From the NCBI GenBank assembly GCA_963796685.1, contig CAWCMR010000025.1:1408001-1472000 (forward strand): 64,000 nt of DNA. The letters are read 5' to 3'. This stretch comes from an uncultured delta proteobacterium. GTDB lineage: Bacteria; Myxococcota_A; Polyangia; Fen-1088. The notes under the pieces are model-generated. The model was not told the DNA's origin and did no database searches. It saw only the letters and a program-made list of their open reading frames with translations. Positions 1 through 9,190 of the stretch are shown one piece after another. The position numbers and the translations under genes were made by a program. Each line of letters starts with the position of its first letter. The first letter of the stretch is position 1.

Positions 1-1845
1 TCCGCGGCGCAAAAACACGTGCGCCTGCCCATCCCGATTTGCATGTTCGTGGCTTCGGAGGTGCTCGACGCGCTCGACTATGCCCACAACGCCAAGGACA
101 GCGATGGCAAGCCCATGCACCTCGTCCATCGCGACATTTCGCCCTCCAACGTGTTCATCGCCCGGCGCGGAGACGTCAAGCTGGGCGACTTCGGCATCGC
201 GCACGCGCAAGAGCGCGAATCCAAGACCCAGGCCGGGACGCTCAAGGGCAAGTACGGCTACATGTCGCCGGAGCAGGTCACGGGCGGCGATCTCGATGGG
301 CGCAGCGACATCTTCGCGGTGGGCATCGTGCTGGCGGAGATGCTGATGGGCAAGCGACTCTTCAGCGCGCCCAACGACCTCGACGTTCTGCTCATGGTGC
401 GCGACGGGAGGCTCGAACGCTGGGACAAGCACGGCAAGGATGTTCACCCGCGCCTGGATGCCATCGTTCGCAAGGCCTTGGCCAAGAGCCTGGACGAACG
501 CTTCCAAAGCGCGGCGGAGTTCCGCGACGCTCTCGAGGATCTGCAGTTCAAGTTCGGCATGCGCGTCGGGCCCGCGGACGTGGGCCTGCTGGCGTCGGAC
601 CTCTTCGACCCCAGCCCGGATGCCGTCGAGCGGCTGAAGGAACACGGAAAGAAATGGGAGATTCGCCCGGAAACTCCCGCGCCTGCCAGCGTCCCACCTC
701 CACTTCCGCACAGGCCCCAAGCGTCGCCCACGCCGACCGCGGATATGGAGGCGCGTCCGCCGAGTCGGGTTGGAATCGCCGACCCGGCTAGCACGGTGGT
801 GGGCGCCGCGCTCGACGACGCCCTGGCCGGTTCGATGGCGCTGGTGGGTCTCGACCAATACGAGTCCCCGCCGTCCGTCTCCGATCCGCGCTGGCCGGGC
901 ACCCCCGGCGAGGCGTCGAGTGGGGCCACGTCGCGCGCCCCCGAGGGGTCCGGTGGTTCCGCCGTCCGTCGCCCCGCCTCGCACGCCAGCGGTCTGCGCT
1001 CCTTTCCTTCGCACGGCAGCAGGCCGACCCAGGGCTTGGCCAACTTCGATGCGGCGGCGGATGCCGTCACGGCGGACGACGCGACCGAGGACGATTCCGA
1101 GCAGCCGATTCCGCCGCCGGTTCCGGGCGCCGTCCCGGACAACAGCGGCGAGCTTTCCCTCATCTCGCCCATGCGCGCCATCGCCGATCTGGCCATCGCC
1201 GCCGATACCGGGCTGATTCGATTTCAGAAGGGCGCGCAAATCAAGGACGTGTACCTCGTGCGCGGAGCACCGGAATCGGTCAACTCGAACATGAGCGGGG
1301 ATCGATTCGGCGAGTATCTCGTCACGCGTGGATTCCTGCGCTCGGGCGATCTGGAGCGCGCCCTGGCCGAGATGCCGCGTTTCGGGGGCAAGTTCGGCGA
1401 GGCATTGGTGGGGCTCGGCTTCATGCGCCCGCTCGATGTCTTCCGCCTGCTCTCGCAGCACGTGCGCGAACGCGTGATGGAGCTGTTCACCTGGACCCAG
1501 GGCGCGTTCAACTACTACCGTGGCATGCGCAATCCCATGGAGGCCTTTCCGCTCGGGCTTTCCAGCTTCGAAATCCTGGGCGCCGGCGTCGTGGCCCTGA
1601 GCTACGACTTTCTTGCCAACCACTTCGAAGCGCTGATGGGATTCCATCCTCGCGCCATGCCCAACCCGCGCGTCAGCCCGGAGGCCTTCCGCCTCGGGCC
1701 CACCCCGCGCGAGGTGCTCGGCCTGCTCGACGGCAGTCTCACCCTGCACGCCTGGGCGGAACGCTTCGCCTCCCCCGACGAGCTTCTGACTTTCTACCGC
1801 ACGCTTTATCTGCTGGTGGAAAGCAGCATGGCCCAGTTCGAGTAG
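1..1845 (+). CDS. Ser/Thr protein kinase (5'-truncated by window) with Pro/Ser-rich linker and C-terminal DUF4388-like domain
   Basis: HRDISPSN, DFG, GKYGYMSPEQ and DIFAVG kinase motifs; frame is open back to base 1 and subdomains I-V are missing; tail has RFGEYLV...FGEALVGLG...ELFTWTQGAF typical of myxobacterial DUF4388-type modules. Confidence 0.88.
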   Translation, partial: SAAQKHVRLPIPICMFVASEVLDALDYAHNAKDSDGKPMHLVHRDISPSNVFIARRGDVKLGDFGIAHAQERESKTQAGTLKGKYGYMSPEQVTGGDLDGRSDIFAVGIVLAEMLMGKRLFSAPNDLDVLLMVRDGRLERWDKHGKDVHPRLDAIVRKALAKSLDERFQSAAEFRDALEDLQFKFGMRVGPADVGLLASDLFDPSPDAVERLKEHGKKWEIRPETPAPASVPPPLPHRPQASPTPTADMEARPPSRVGIADPASTVVGAALDDALAGSMALVGLDQYESPPSVSDPRWPGTPGEASSGATSRAPEGSGGSAVRRPASHASGLRSFPSHGSRPTQGLANFDAAADAVTADDATEDDSEQPIPPPVPGAVPDNSGELSLISPMRAIADLAIAADTGLIRFQKGAQIKDVYLVRGAPESVNSNMSGDRFGEYLVTRGFLRSGDLERALAEMPRFGGKFGEALVGLGFMRPLDVFRLLSQHVRERVMELFTWTQGAFNYYRGMRNPMEAFPLGLSSFEILGAGVVALSYDFLANHFEALMGFHPRAMPNPRVSPEAFRLGPTPREVLGLLDGSLTLHAWAERFASPDELLTFYRTLYLLVESSMAQFE

Positions 1846-1848
1846 AAG

Positions 1849-3342
1849 CTACTCGCCGGGCCGTGGCTCGAGGATGGCGATGAGGGACAGGGGTGGAAAA
1901 GGTAGACGCGCGTCGACCAGGCGAAAGACCGGCGTGAGGGTGTTGAGCGCGACGATTTGCCCGAGGCCGAAGGTCTTGCGCTTGAGCACCTTGCCGTTGA
2001 GCCACCAGGCTGGCCAACCCGCGCGGTTGAAGAGGACGATTTGTTGCACGGCAAACCCCGCTTGCTCGGCGAGCTCTCGCAGCGTTTCCGGCGTGTAGCG
2101 GCGGCGATGACCCAGAACCTCGTCGAGCGTGCCGAGCAGCTGCGGTCCGTGCGGAACCAGGACGACGGCGCGGCCGCCGGGCGCGAGCACCCGGCGGATG
2201 TTCTCCATGGCCCCGCGATCGTCGTCGACGTGCTCGACGACGTTCAGGCAGACCACGGTGTCGAAGCCGCCCGGCACCTGGGGAAAGGTCTCGCTCTTGG
2301 TCACGTCCGTGTGGGACACGTGAAGGTAGGGCCGATCATGGGTCAGGCCCCTTAGCGAATCCAAGTACAGGGGGTTGATGTCCGAGGCGTAGTAAAGCTC
2401 GCGCGGGACCAGCTGGCGGGTCAGGTTCCCCGTGCCGCTGCCGATCTCGAGCACGCGCTGCCCGCAGTGCGGCCGCACCACATCTCCCATCCAGGCATTG
2501 AAACGCGGGGCGCGCGACAGTCGGTTGAGGGTGTGCGAGCCGTACTCGTCGGCGGTAAAGACGTTGTCGCTGACCCCGAAACGCAAGATGGCCGAAAGCG
2601 CCCCCACACCGTCTCGCCAGTTGATCTTCTTGCCTTCTTGATAGGTGCGGCCCGCGTAGCTGATGGGGACCTCGAAGATGCGGGCGCCACGCTTGGCGAG
2701 CTTGATGACCAGCTCCGGCTCGAGCCGAAAATCGTCCGAGACGATGGGAATGGAGCGCAAGAGATCGGTCCGCACCGCTTTGTAGCAGGTCTCGATGTCG
2801 GTCAGGTTGAGGTCGGTCGCCAAGTTGGTGAGAAAGGTGATCAGCCGATTGCCGAGCTCGTGGCGAAAGTGCAGCGCGCGCCGCACGTCGCCGCCTGCGA
2901 AGCGCGACCCGAACACCGCGTCCGCCCCTTCTTCCTGGAACACCCTGACCATGCGATCGAGGTCGCGCGGGTTGTACTCCAGATCGGCGTCGTGGATGAC
3001 CGTGATGGCACAGCGGGCGTGGGCCAACGCCGTCCGAATCGCGCGGCCCTTGCCGCCGTTCTTCGCGTGCCTCAGGAACACCCAGTCGGTCTTGCTCGCG
3101 CGACCCGAGGCGAGGAGGGAGCTTCCGTCGACAGGTGGGGTGTCATCGTTCCAGATCAGCCCGCGCCCTGTCGCGAAGGTGCGCAGCACTTGAGGCGTGT
3201 CGTCCTTCGAGCAGTCATCCACGACGATGACCTGGAGGTGCTCGAGGTGGCGCGAGCCTTCGAGGACCTCCAGCCGGGCCAGAGAGGTAGCTACCAGGTG
3301 ATGCTCATTGAAAACGGGCACAAGGACAGAGAGAGAGGTCAT
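1849..3342 (-). CDS. GT2 glycosyltransferase (DPM/GtrB-like) fused to class I SAM-dependent methyltransferase
   Basis: VLVPVFNE, VVDDCSKD, GKG, DADLEY and DIETCYK GT2 motifs; VLEIGSGTG and CLNVVEH methyltransferase motifs; start placed at MTSLSV. Confidence 0.88.
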   Translation of the reverse strand: MTSLSVLVPVFNEHHLVATSLARLEVLEGSRHLEHLQVIVVDDCSKDDTPQVLRTFATGRGLIWNDDTPPVDGSSLLASGRASKTDWVFLRHAKNGGKGRAIRTALAHARCAITVIHDADLEYNPRDLDRMVRVFQEEGADAVFGSRFAGGDVRRALHFRHELGNRLITFLTNLATDLNLTDIETCYKAVRTDLLRSIPIVSDDFRLEPELVIKLAKRGARIFEVPISYAGRTYQEGKKINWRDGVGALSAILRFGVSDNVFTADEYGSHTLNRLSRAPRFNAWMGDVVRPHCGQRVLEIGSGTGNLTRQLVPRELYYASDINPLYLDSLRGLTHDRPYLHVSHTDVTKSETFPQVPGGFDTVVCLNVVEHVDDDRGAMENIRRVLAPGGRAVVLVPHGPQLLGTLDEVLGHRRRYTPETLRELAEQAGFAVQQIVLFNRAGWPAWWLNGKVLKRKTFGLGQIVALNTLTPVFRLVDARLPFPPLSLIAILEPRPGE

Positions 3343-3487
3343 GCCGGGACTCTGTATAGCAGCGAAGGCGCGGTGTGAGAAGGCACGAGGACCGCGGGCC
3401 TCTGAGGAAGCCAGGAAGCCAGGAATGGGAGGTAGGGCCGTTGGGGGCCCCGGCTTGACACCTTTGACACGACGAGCGCCGTGCGCG

Positions 3488-4030
3488 ATGAACGACCCCA
3501 TGCTCGACCGATCGGTTGCCAAGGAACGCCAGCGTAAGGAGATGGCCCGGCTTGTCGCTAGGTTTCTCGTCAGAGGTCTCGAGGGTCCGGAGACCAGCAA
3601 GCCGATTGTCTGGAACGTCGTGCGCGCCCTGGCGTTGGTCGGCTTCGTCGTCTTTGCTGCCGTCACCGATCTTACCTGGTTGCACCTCAACATCACCAAG
3701 CCCTTCAAGAACGAGATTATCAACTTTTATGGCAGCTACGCCAACTCCCCCGTCGAGCAGGACGCGGCGCTGCTCTTGCGATGGCTGCCCGCGCAAGGCA
3801 AGGTCGGCTACCTGTCCGACAAGCAAGGGCTGCCACGTTTCGAGGCGAGTCTGCGTCTTGCCCCCCTACTCCTGGATCCGAGCTGGACCCGGCACGAGTG
3901 GGTGCTCGTGGATGGCCCCGTTCGCCAAGGCCTGGCGTTGCTCGAGTCGCCGCGCTACAGGTTGGTGACCGACCTGCGGGATGCGAAGGCCTTTGCCAGG
4001 GGCATGCGCATCTACAGGCGGAGACCGTGA
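3488..4030 (+). CDS. hypothetical single-TM membrane protein
   Basis: One hydrophobic segment (LALVGFVVFAAV); stop overlaps next ATG (GTGATG), suggesting coupling. Confidence 0.55.
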   Translation: MNDPMLDRSVAKERQRKEMARLVARFLVRGLEGPETSKPIVWNVVRALALVGFVVFAAVTDLTWLHLNITKPFKNEIINFYGSYANSPVEQDAALLLRWLPAQGKVGYLSDKQGLPRFEASLRLAPLLLDPSWTRHEWVLVDGPVRQGLALLESPRYRLVTDLRDAKAFARGMRIYRRRP

Positions 4031-5622
4031 TGGCGCGCGTCCTTGCAACCTTGCTTGCGTTCGGCCTGGCGTGGCTCGTCGGCTACTTCGTGGTTGCGGC
4101 GCTGTGGCGCGATCGTTCCCGCGACCCCGCCGATCGCCTGATTCACGCTGCAGCCGCGGTTGGGCTCGGCGTCGGCATCGTCGCCGCGCTCGATTTCCTC
4201 TGCCTCGTTCTCATGGGCAGGGCCTCGCACGCGATCGTCTACGTGGACCTCGCCGTCCTGATCGGGGTATTTCTCGCCCATCGCCTCGGGCGCAAACCGT
4301 CTGCAACTCGGCCCGCGCGCACCCCGGGGCGGATCTCCTGCGGGCTGTTCCTGCTCTTCGTCATCATCGCTCTCGGCGTCGTGGGCACCATGCTGTTGCG
4401 GGCGCCCGATGGTGCCTGGGATGCCATCGCCATCTGGAACCTGCATGCCAAGTTCATGACGGCCACCTCGCCCGGGGCATGGAAGGGGATGTTCGATCCC
4501 ATCATGGCGCCTTCCCATCCCGACTACCCGCCCCTGCTTCCCGCTTTCGTCGCCCGGGGGTGGACGTACGTCGGGCAGCCCATCCCACTCGTCCCCATGA
4601 CCCTCGCGTTCACCTTCACCCTGGGGCTTCTCGTGCTCATCGCGGCGGCCGTGGCCAGTGCGCGCAACGCGATGCTGGGCGCGCTGGCTTGCGCAGTTCT
4701 GGCGGCCAGCCCCATCTTCCTCGGCACGGCGCTGTCTCAGTATGCGGACATGCCGCTGGCTTTCTACTTCCTTCTCGCGCTGGCCCTGCTCCATCGCGCC
4801 GATCAGGAACCGGAGCTTCATGCCGGGTTGCATGTTCTCGCCGGACTTGCCGCCAGCATGGCCGCGCTGACCAAGAACGAGGGATCCCTGTTCATCGTGG
4901 CGCTCGGCGCGGGCCGTCTCCTGCGCATGCTGCTCGTGGGTCATGCCAGGCGCGAGCTCAAGAGCCTGGCCTGGCTTCTCGCAGGCATGGCTCCCATCTT
5001 GTGCTGCTTGCTGCTCTACAAATCTTTCACCCCGGCGAACTACCTGGTCTCCGGTCAGGGCAAGGACTTCTGGAGCAAGCTGCTCAGCCGCCCGCGCGCC
5101 CGGCTCATCGTCGATCAACTCGCCCTCGAGCTGGAGAGTCCGCACAGCTTCGCGGTGGGGTACGTGCAGAAGGTCCGAACCTGGCACTGGCACCTCCTGG
5201 CCGCCGCGTCGTTCATGCTGTTCTTTGGCATCGACCGTCGCCGCCTCGCGCGCCGCCTTTCGCGGTGGGCGCTGGCCCTCGTCGTTTGCGGGCTTGTCGC
5301 GGACATTCTGAGCACGCGCCTCGCAACCGGAGCCTTCGGCTGGCACTGGTCGGTGGCGATCGCCGCCGCCCTGGCCACCGTGGCCATGGGCTTCGACCTC
5401 GGCCGCCTCAAGCATCCCTCGTTCCTGGCCGCCACGACCACCCTCGTCCTCATGAATGCCGGCTACTTCGTCGTGTACATGCTTACGCCCCTCGATCTGC
5501 GGTGGCAGCTCATGTTCTCGATCGAGCGCCTGGTCTTCCACACCATGCCCGTGGCCATCTTCGTCGCCTTTTTGGCCATGGCCTCGTGGGGGCGCGACGG
5601 CGTGTCCGTCGTCGGGTCGTGA
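4030..5622 (+). CDS. polytopic membrane protein, GT-C/ArnT-like glycosyltransferase candidate
   Basis: Many TM segments; WDAIAIWNLHAK, HPDYPPL, YADMPL and TKNEG motifs typical of GT39/ArnT-like proteins. Confidence 0.7.
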   Translation: MARVLATLLAFGLAWLVGYFVVAALWRDRSRDPADRLIHAAAAVGLGVGIVAALDFLCLVLMGRASHAIVYVDLAVLIGVFLAHRLGRKPSATRPARTPGRISCGLFLLFVIIALGVVGTMLLRAPDGAWDAIAIWNLHAKFMTATSPGAWKGMFDPIMAPSHPDYPPLLPAFVARGWTYVGQPIPLVPMTLAFTFTLGLLVLIAAAVASARNAMLGALACAVLAASPIFLGTALSQYADMPLAFYFLLALALLHRADQEPELHAGLHVLAGLAASMAALTKNEGSLFIVALGAGRLLRMLLVGHARRELKSLAWLLAGMAPILCCLLLYKSFTPANYLVSGQGKDFWSKLLSRPRARLIVDQLALELESPHSFAVGYVQKVRTWHWHLLAAASFMLFFGIDRRRLARRLSRWALALVVCGLVADILSTRLATGAFGWHWSVAIAAALATVAMGFDLGRLKHPSFLAATTTLVLMNAGYFVVYMLTPLDLRWQLMFSIERLVFHTMPVAIFVAFLAMASWGRDGVSVVGS

Positions 5623-5736
5623 ATGAGGGCCGCCCCGCTTCCTCACCCCCATCACCGCGAGAGACAGCCATCGCGGGATTTCGGTGTTCTCCTCCTCGCC
5701 TAGCGGTGGGCGGACATGAGACACTTGCCCCGCGCA

Positions 5737-6771
5737 ATGGCCAAATTCGTTTCCAGTCCCGAAACATTCTTCGTCGAGGAGATCCCCGCCTACTTGCCCT
5801 CGGGAGAGGGTGACCACACCTACGTGTGGATCGAGAAACGCAATCTCACGACCCTGGACGCCGTCAACAGGTTGGCGCGCGTGCTCGGCGTGGACAGTCG
5901 CGATGTGGGCTACGCGGGCATGAAGGATCGCCGTGCCACCGCCAGACAGTGGCTCAGCCTTCCCGGGGTCGATCCCGCACGGGCCCAGGAAGCCGCGGTC
6001 GAGGGCGTGCGTATCCTGGCCACCGCTCGGCACCGAAACAAGTTGCGCGTCGGGCACCTGCACGGCAATCGCTTCGAAATTTGCCTGGACGACGACGTCG
6101 ACCTTGAAGGCACCGCCCTCGCCAACGCGCTCGACGAGCTGGCCCGCCGGGGCGTGCCCAACCGCTACGGACGCCAGCGCTTCGGTAGCGCCGGCGACAA
6201 CCTCGAGGTCGGCCTGTCCGTCTTGCGCGGCACGCGTCGAGAGCCGGATGGTCGTCGGCGCAAGCTCCTGCTCTCGGCCGTGCAATCCGCGGTGTTCAAT
6301 CGCGTTCTCGATCTGCGGTCCCAAGAGAGCGGCCTGCTGACCGTGCTCGGGGGCGACATCCTGGAGAAAGTCGCTTCCGGCGGACAGTTCGCCTCGACCG
6401 ACGCCGCCGCCGATCAGGCGCGCGTGGATGCCGGCGAAATCGTTCCCACCGCACCGCTGCCCGGGGGGCGCGTTCGCAGCCCGGAACCGGGCAGCGCCGC
6501 ACGCGCGCTCGAGGATCGGGCGCTGGCGGATCTCGGCATAGGTCTCGACGAGCTCGGCCAAGTGGGGCGTTCGCTGCCGGGCACGCGGCGGCCTGTCGTG
6601 GTGAGGGTGACGCTCGACGAGCCGGCCGTGGTCCGCGAGTGGGGGCGCCTGCGCCTGCGCTTTTCGCTGCCGCCTGGGAGCTACGCCACCGTGGTTCTCG
6701 AAGCCCTGGGTGTGGAGCAGGGTAGACAGGACGAACCTATGCTAGCTTCGGACGCGGAACCGGCCAGCTGA
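5737..6771 (+). CDS. truD: tRNA pseudouridine(13) synthase TruD
   Basis: FFVEEI, YAGMKDRRATARQW (catalytic Asp), GNRF, NRYGRQRFG, FSLPPGSYAT. Confidence 0.93.
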   Translation: MAKFVSSPETFFVEEIPAYLPSGEGDHTYVWIEKRNLTTLDAVNRLARVLGVDSRDVGYAGMKDRRATARQWLSLPGVDPARAQEAAVEGVRILATARHRNKLRVGHLHGNRFEICLDDDVDLEGTALANALDELARRGVPNRYGRQRFGSAGDNLEVGLSVLRGTRREPDGRRRKLLLSAVQSAVFNRVLDLRSQESGLLTVLGGDILEKVASGGQFASTDAAADQARVDAGEIVPTAPLPGGRVRSPEPGSAARALEDRALADLGIGLDELGQVGRSLPGTRRPVVVRVTLDEPAVVREWGRLRLRFSLPPGSYATVVLEALGVEQGRQDEPMLASDAEPAS

Positions 6772-6864
6772 CCGGATACGCGATGGGCACCGGCGGTTTT
6801 GCCCGACGGCACCCATCGCAGGAGCCCGAAAGAACCCTCAAAGGGTTTTTTCCCAGGAGACACC

Positions 6865-7530
<666 letters not shown>

Positions 7531-7534
7531 TCGC

Positions 7535-8008
7535 ATGGCGGGCGCGGCAAGCCAGTTCGAAGACGACGACTCGGGACGCATGATCACCGAGATCAACGTG
7601 ACCCCACTCGTCGACATCACGCTCGTGTTGCTCATCATCTTCATGGTGACCACGACCTACATCGTGAACCCATCCATCAAGGTCGACCTGCCCAAGGCGG
7701 TGACCGGCACGGATCAGACGCGCACCACGCTGTCGCTGACCCTGACCAAGGATGGACAGCTCTACCTCAACGGCGAGCGCTCCGACGAGGCCAAGGTCGT
7801 CAAGCAGATTGCGACCGAGCTGCCCAAGAATCCCGACTTGCAGGCCGTCATCGCCGCCGACAAGGTCGTACCCCACGGCAGCGTGGTCCACATCATCGAC
7901 TTCGTGAAACGCGCGGGCGTGCGCAAATTCGCCATCGATGTGGACAGCGCGGCGACAGCGGCACTGCCGGCTGGCTCGCAGGAGACCGGCGCCGCTCCCG
8001 CGCGGTAG
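7535..8008 (+). CDS. exbD: ExbD/TolR biopolymer transport protein
   Basis: EINVTPLVDITLVLLIIFMV, VDLP, AADK motifs. Confidence 0.92.
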   Translation: MAGAASQFEDDDSGRMITEINVTPLVDITLVLLIIFMVTTTYIVNPSIKVDLPKAVTGTDQTRTTLSLTLTKDGQLYLNGERSDEAKVVKQIATELPKNPDLQAVIAADKVVPHGSVVHIIDFVKRAGVRKFAIDVDSAATAALPAGSQETGAAPAR

Positions 8009-8038
8009 ACTCAGCTCCAGCATTCAAGGAGCGTTCGA

Positions 8039-8890
8039 GTGACAAGCAGCGCTTCATCGGTTGGTCGGCCCGCGACTCCCAAGGAACCCTGGAAGGGTTC
8101 TTTCGCCGAGGACCGTCGGGCAAGTCCCTCTGGCGCTCACGCGTATGTGTGGGGGGCCGCGGTGGCCATCTCGCTGCACGCACTGGTGGCCTTCGGGCTC
8201 ATGCTCGTTCCCGGGCATAGCCTGCACCTCCGTCGACCGTCCGCGGTCGAGGTCGACATCGTCCGCCCCCGACCTGCGGAGCCGCCGCCCCCACCGGAGG
8301 TGCCGATGCCCCCGGAACCGCCCCCGCCGGAACCACCACACCGACCCGTGGTGCGCAAGTTAACGGAACGCATCAAGCCGCCGCCGCCGCCCATGCCCAA
8401 CCAGGAGGTGAAGCCGGCGCCGGTCACCGAAGAGCCTGCCAGGCCCGTCTTCGGCGTGACCAAGGATTCGGTCGTGGCAGGCGAAAGCCCGGTGGCGGTT
8501 CCGGTGGGCAACACCCTGATGACGAAAGATCGGACCCTGGCCAAGACACCGCCGCCGCCCCTGCCCGCGGCACCGCCCCCCCCTGCCTTCGCACCCGTCG
8601 ACGAGGAGTCCGTGGCGGAATTTCCCGAGGCGTACATCAAACCCAAGCCCGAGTACCCCGAGCTTGCACGGCGCATGGGGATCGGTGGCAAGGTGCTCGT
8701 CAAGCTTGGAATCGACCGCAAGGGATTCGTCAAGTCCGTCCGCGTGCTCAAGAAGGCAGGCTACGGCATGGATGAGGAAGCCGTAAAAGCGGCCTGGCAT
8801 TACCGATTCAAGCCGGCCCGACGCGCCGACGGAGAGCCCGTGGACTTCGTCATTACCTACAGCTTTTCGTTCCAGAACTCTGCTCGATGA
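8039..8890 (+). CDS. tonB: energy transducer TonB
   Basis: N-terminal TM with SLH, Pro-rich linker, C-terminal PEYPELARRMGIGGKV...FKPA domain; start uncertain. Confidence 0.85.
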   Translation: MTSSASSVGRPATPKEPWKGSFAEDRRASPSGAHAYVWGAAVAISLHALVAFGLMLVPGHSLHLRRPSAVEVDIVRPRPAEPPPPPEVPMPPEPPPPEPPHRPVVRKLTERIKPPPPPMPNQEVKPAPVTEEPARPVFGVTKDSVVAGESPVAVPVGNTLMTKDRTLAKTPPPPLPAAPPPPAFAPVDEESVAEFPEAYIKPKPEYPELARRMGIGGKVLVKLGIDRKGFVKSVRVLKKAGYGMDEEAVKAAWHYRFKPARRADGEPVDFVITYSFSFQNSAR

Positions 8891-8910
8891 CCGGGGCTTT
8901 GGCCGTCATC

Positions 8911-9116
8911 CCGCGACAAGAAGAGCAACAGCGCCAAAGGAAAGAGACACCTTTCCAAGACGGATTCAGGCACCCAATCGGAGCGATGACGGGTGGTCGT
9001 GGACGTAGACGGCTTACCGTGGCCGTGGCCGTGGCCGAGGGCAATTACGACCGGCCACGGCCACGACCACGGCCACGACCTTCTGCGGCTATCGTGGGAT
9101 TATGGTTTGGCATCCT
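8911..9116 (+). repeat. dispersed ~205-bp palindromic repeat, family R1, copy 1
   Basis: Aligns by eye with the reverse complement of 31365-31580; contains (GTGGCC)n ... (CCACGG/CCACGA)n inverted arms. Confidence 0.85.
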
Positions 9117-9156
9117 GATTAGACAGGAATGGTTTGGCATCCCGAATTAGACAGGA
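9102..9156 (+). repeat. 27/28-bp tandem duplication
   Basis: ATGGTTTGGCATCCTGATTAGACAGGA followed by ATGGTTTGGCATCCCGAATTAGACAGGA. Confidence 0.85.
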
Positions 9157-9190
9157 TCGGCAAGCGCAGTTATGATCGCTCGGAATCGCC

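Noticed and set aside
8887-9150. 87-aa ORF with a homologous peptide in ORF 31248-31907 (-)
   Set aside because: Similarity is explained by DNA repeat R1 (VAVAVA/RPRPRP are hexamer translations); starts and stops are not shared
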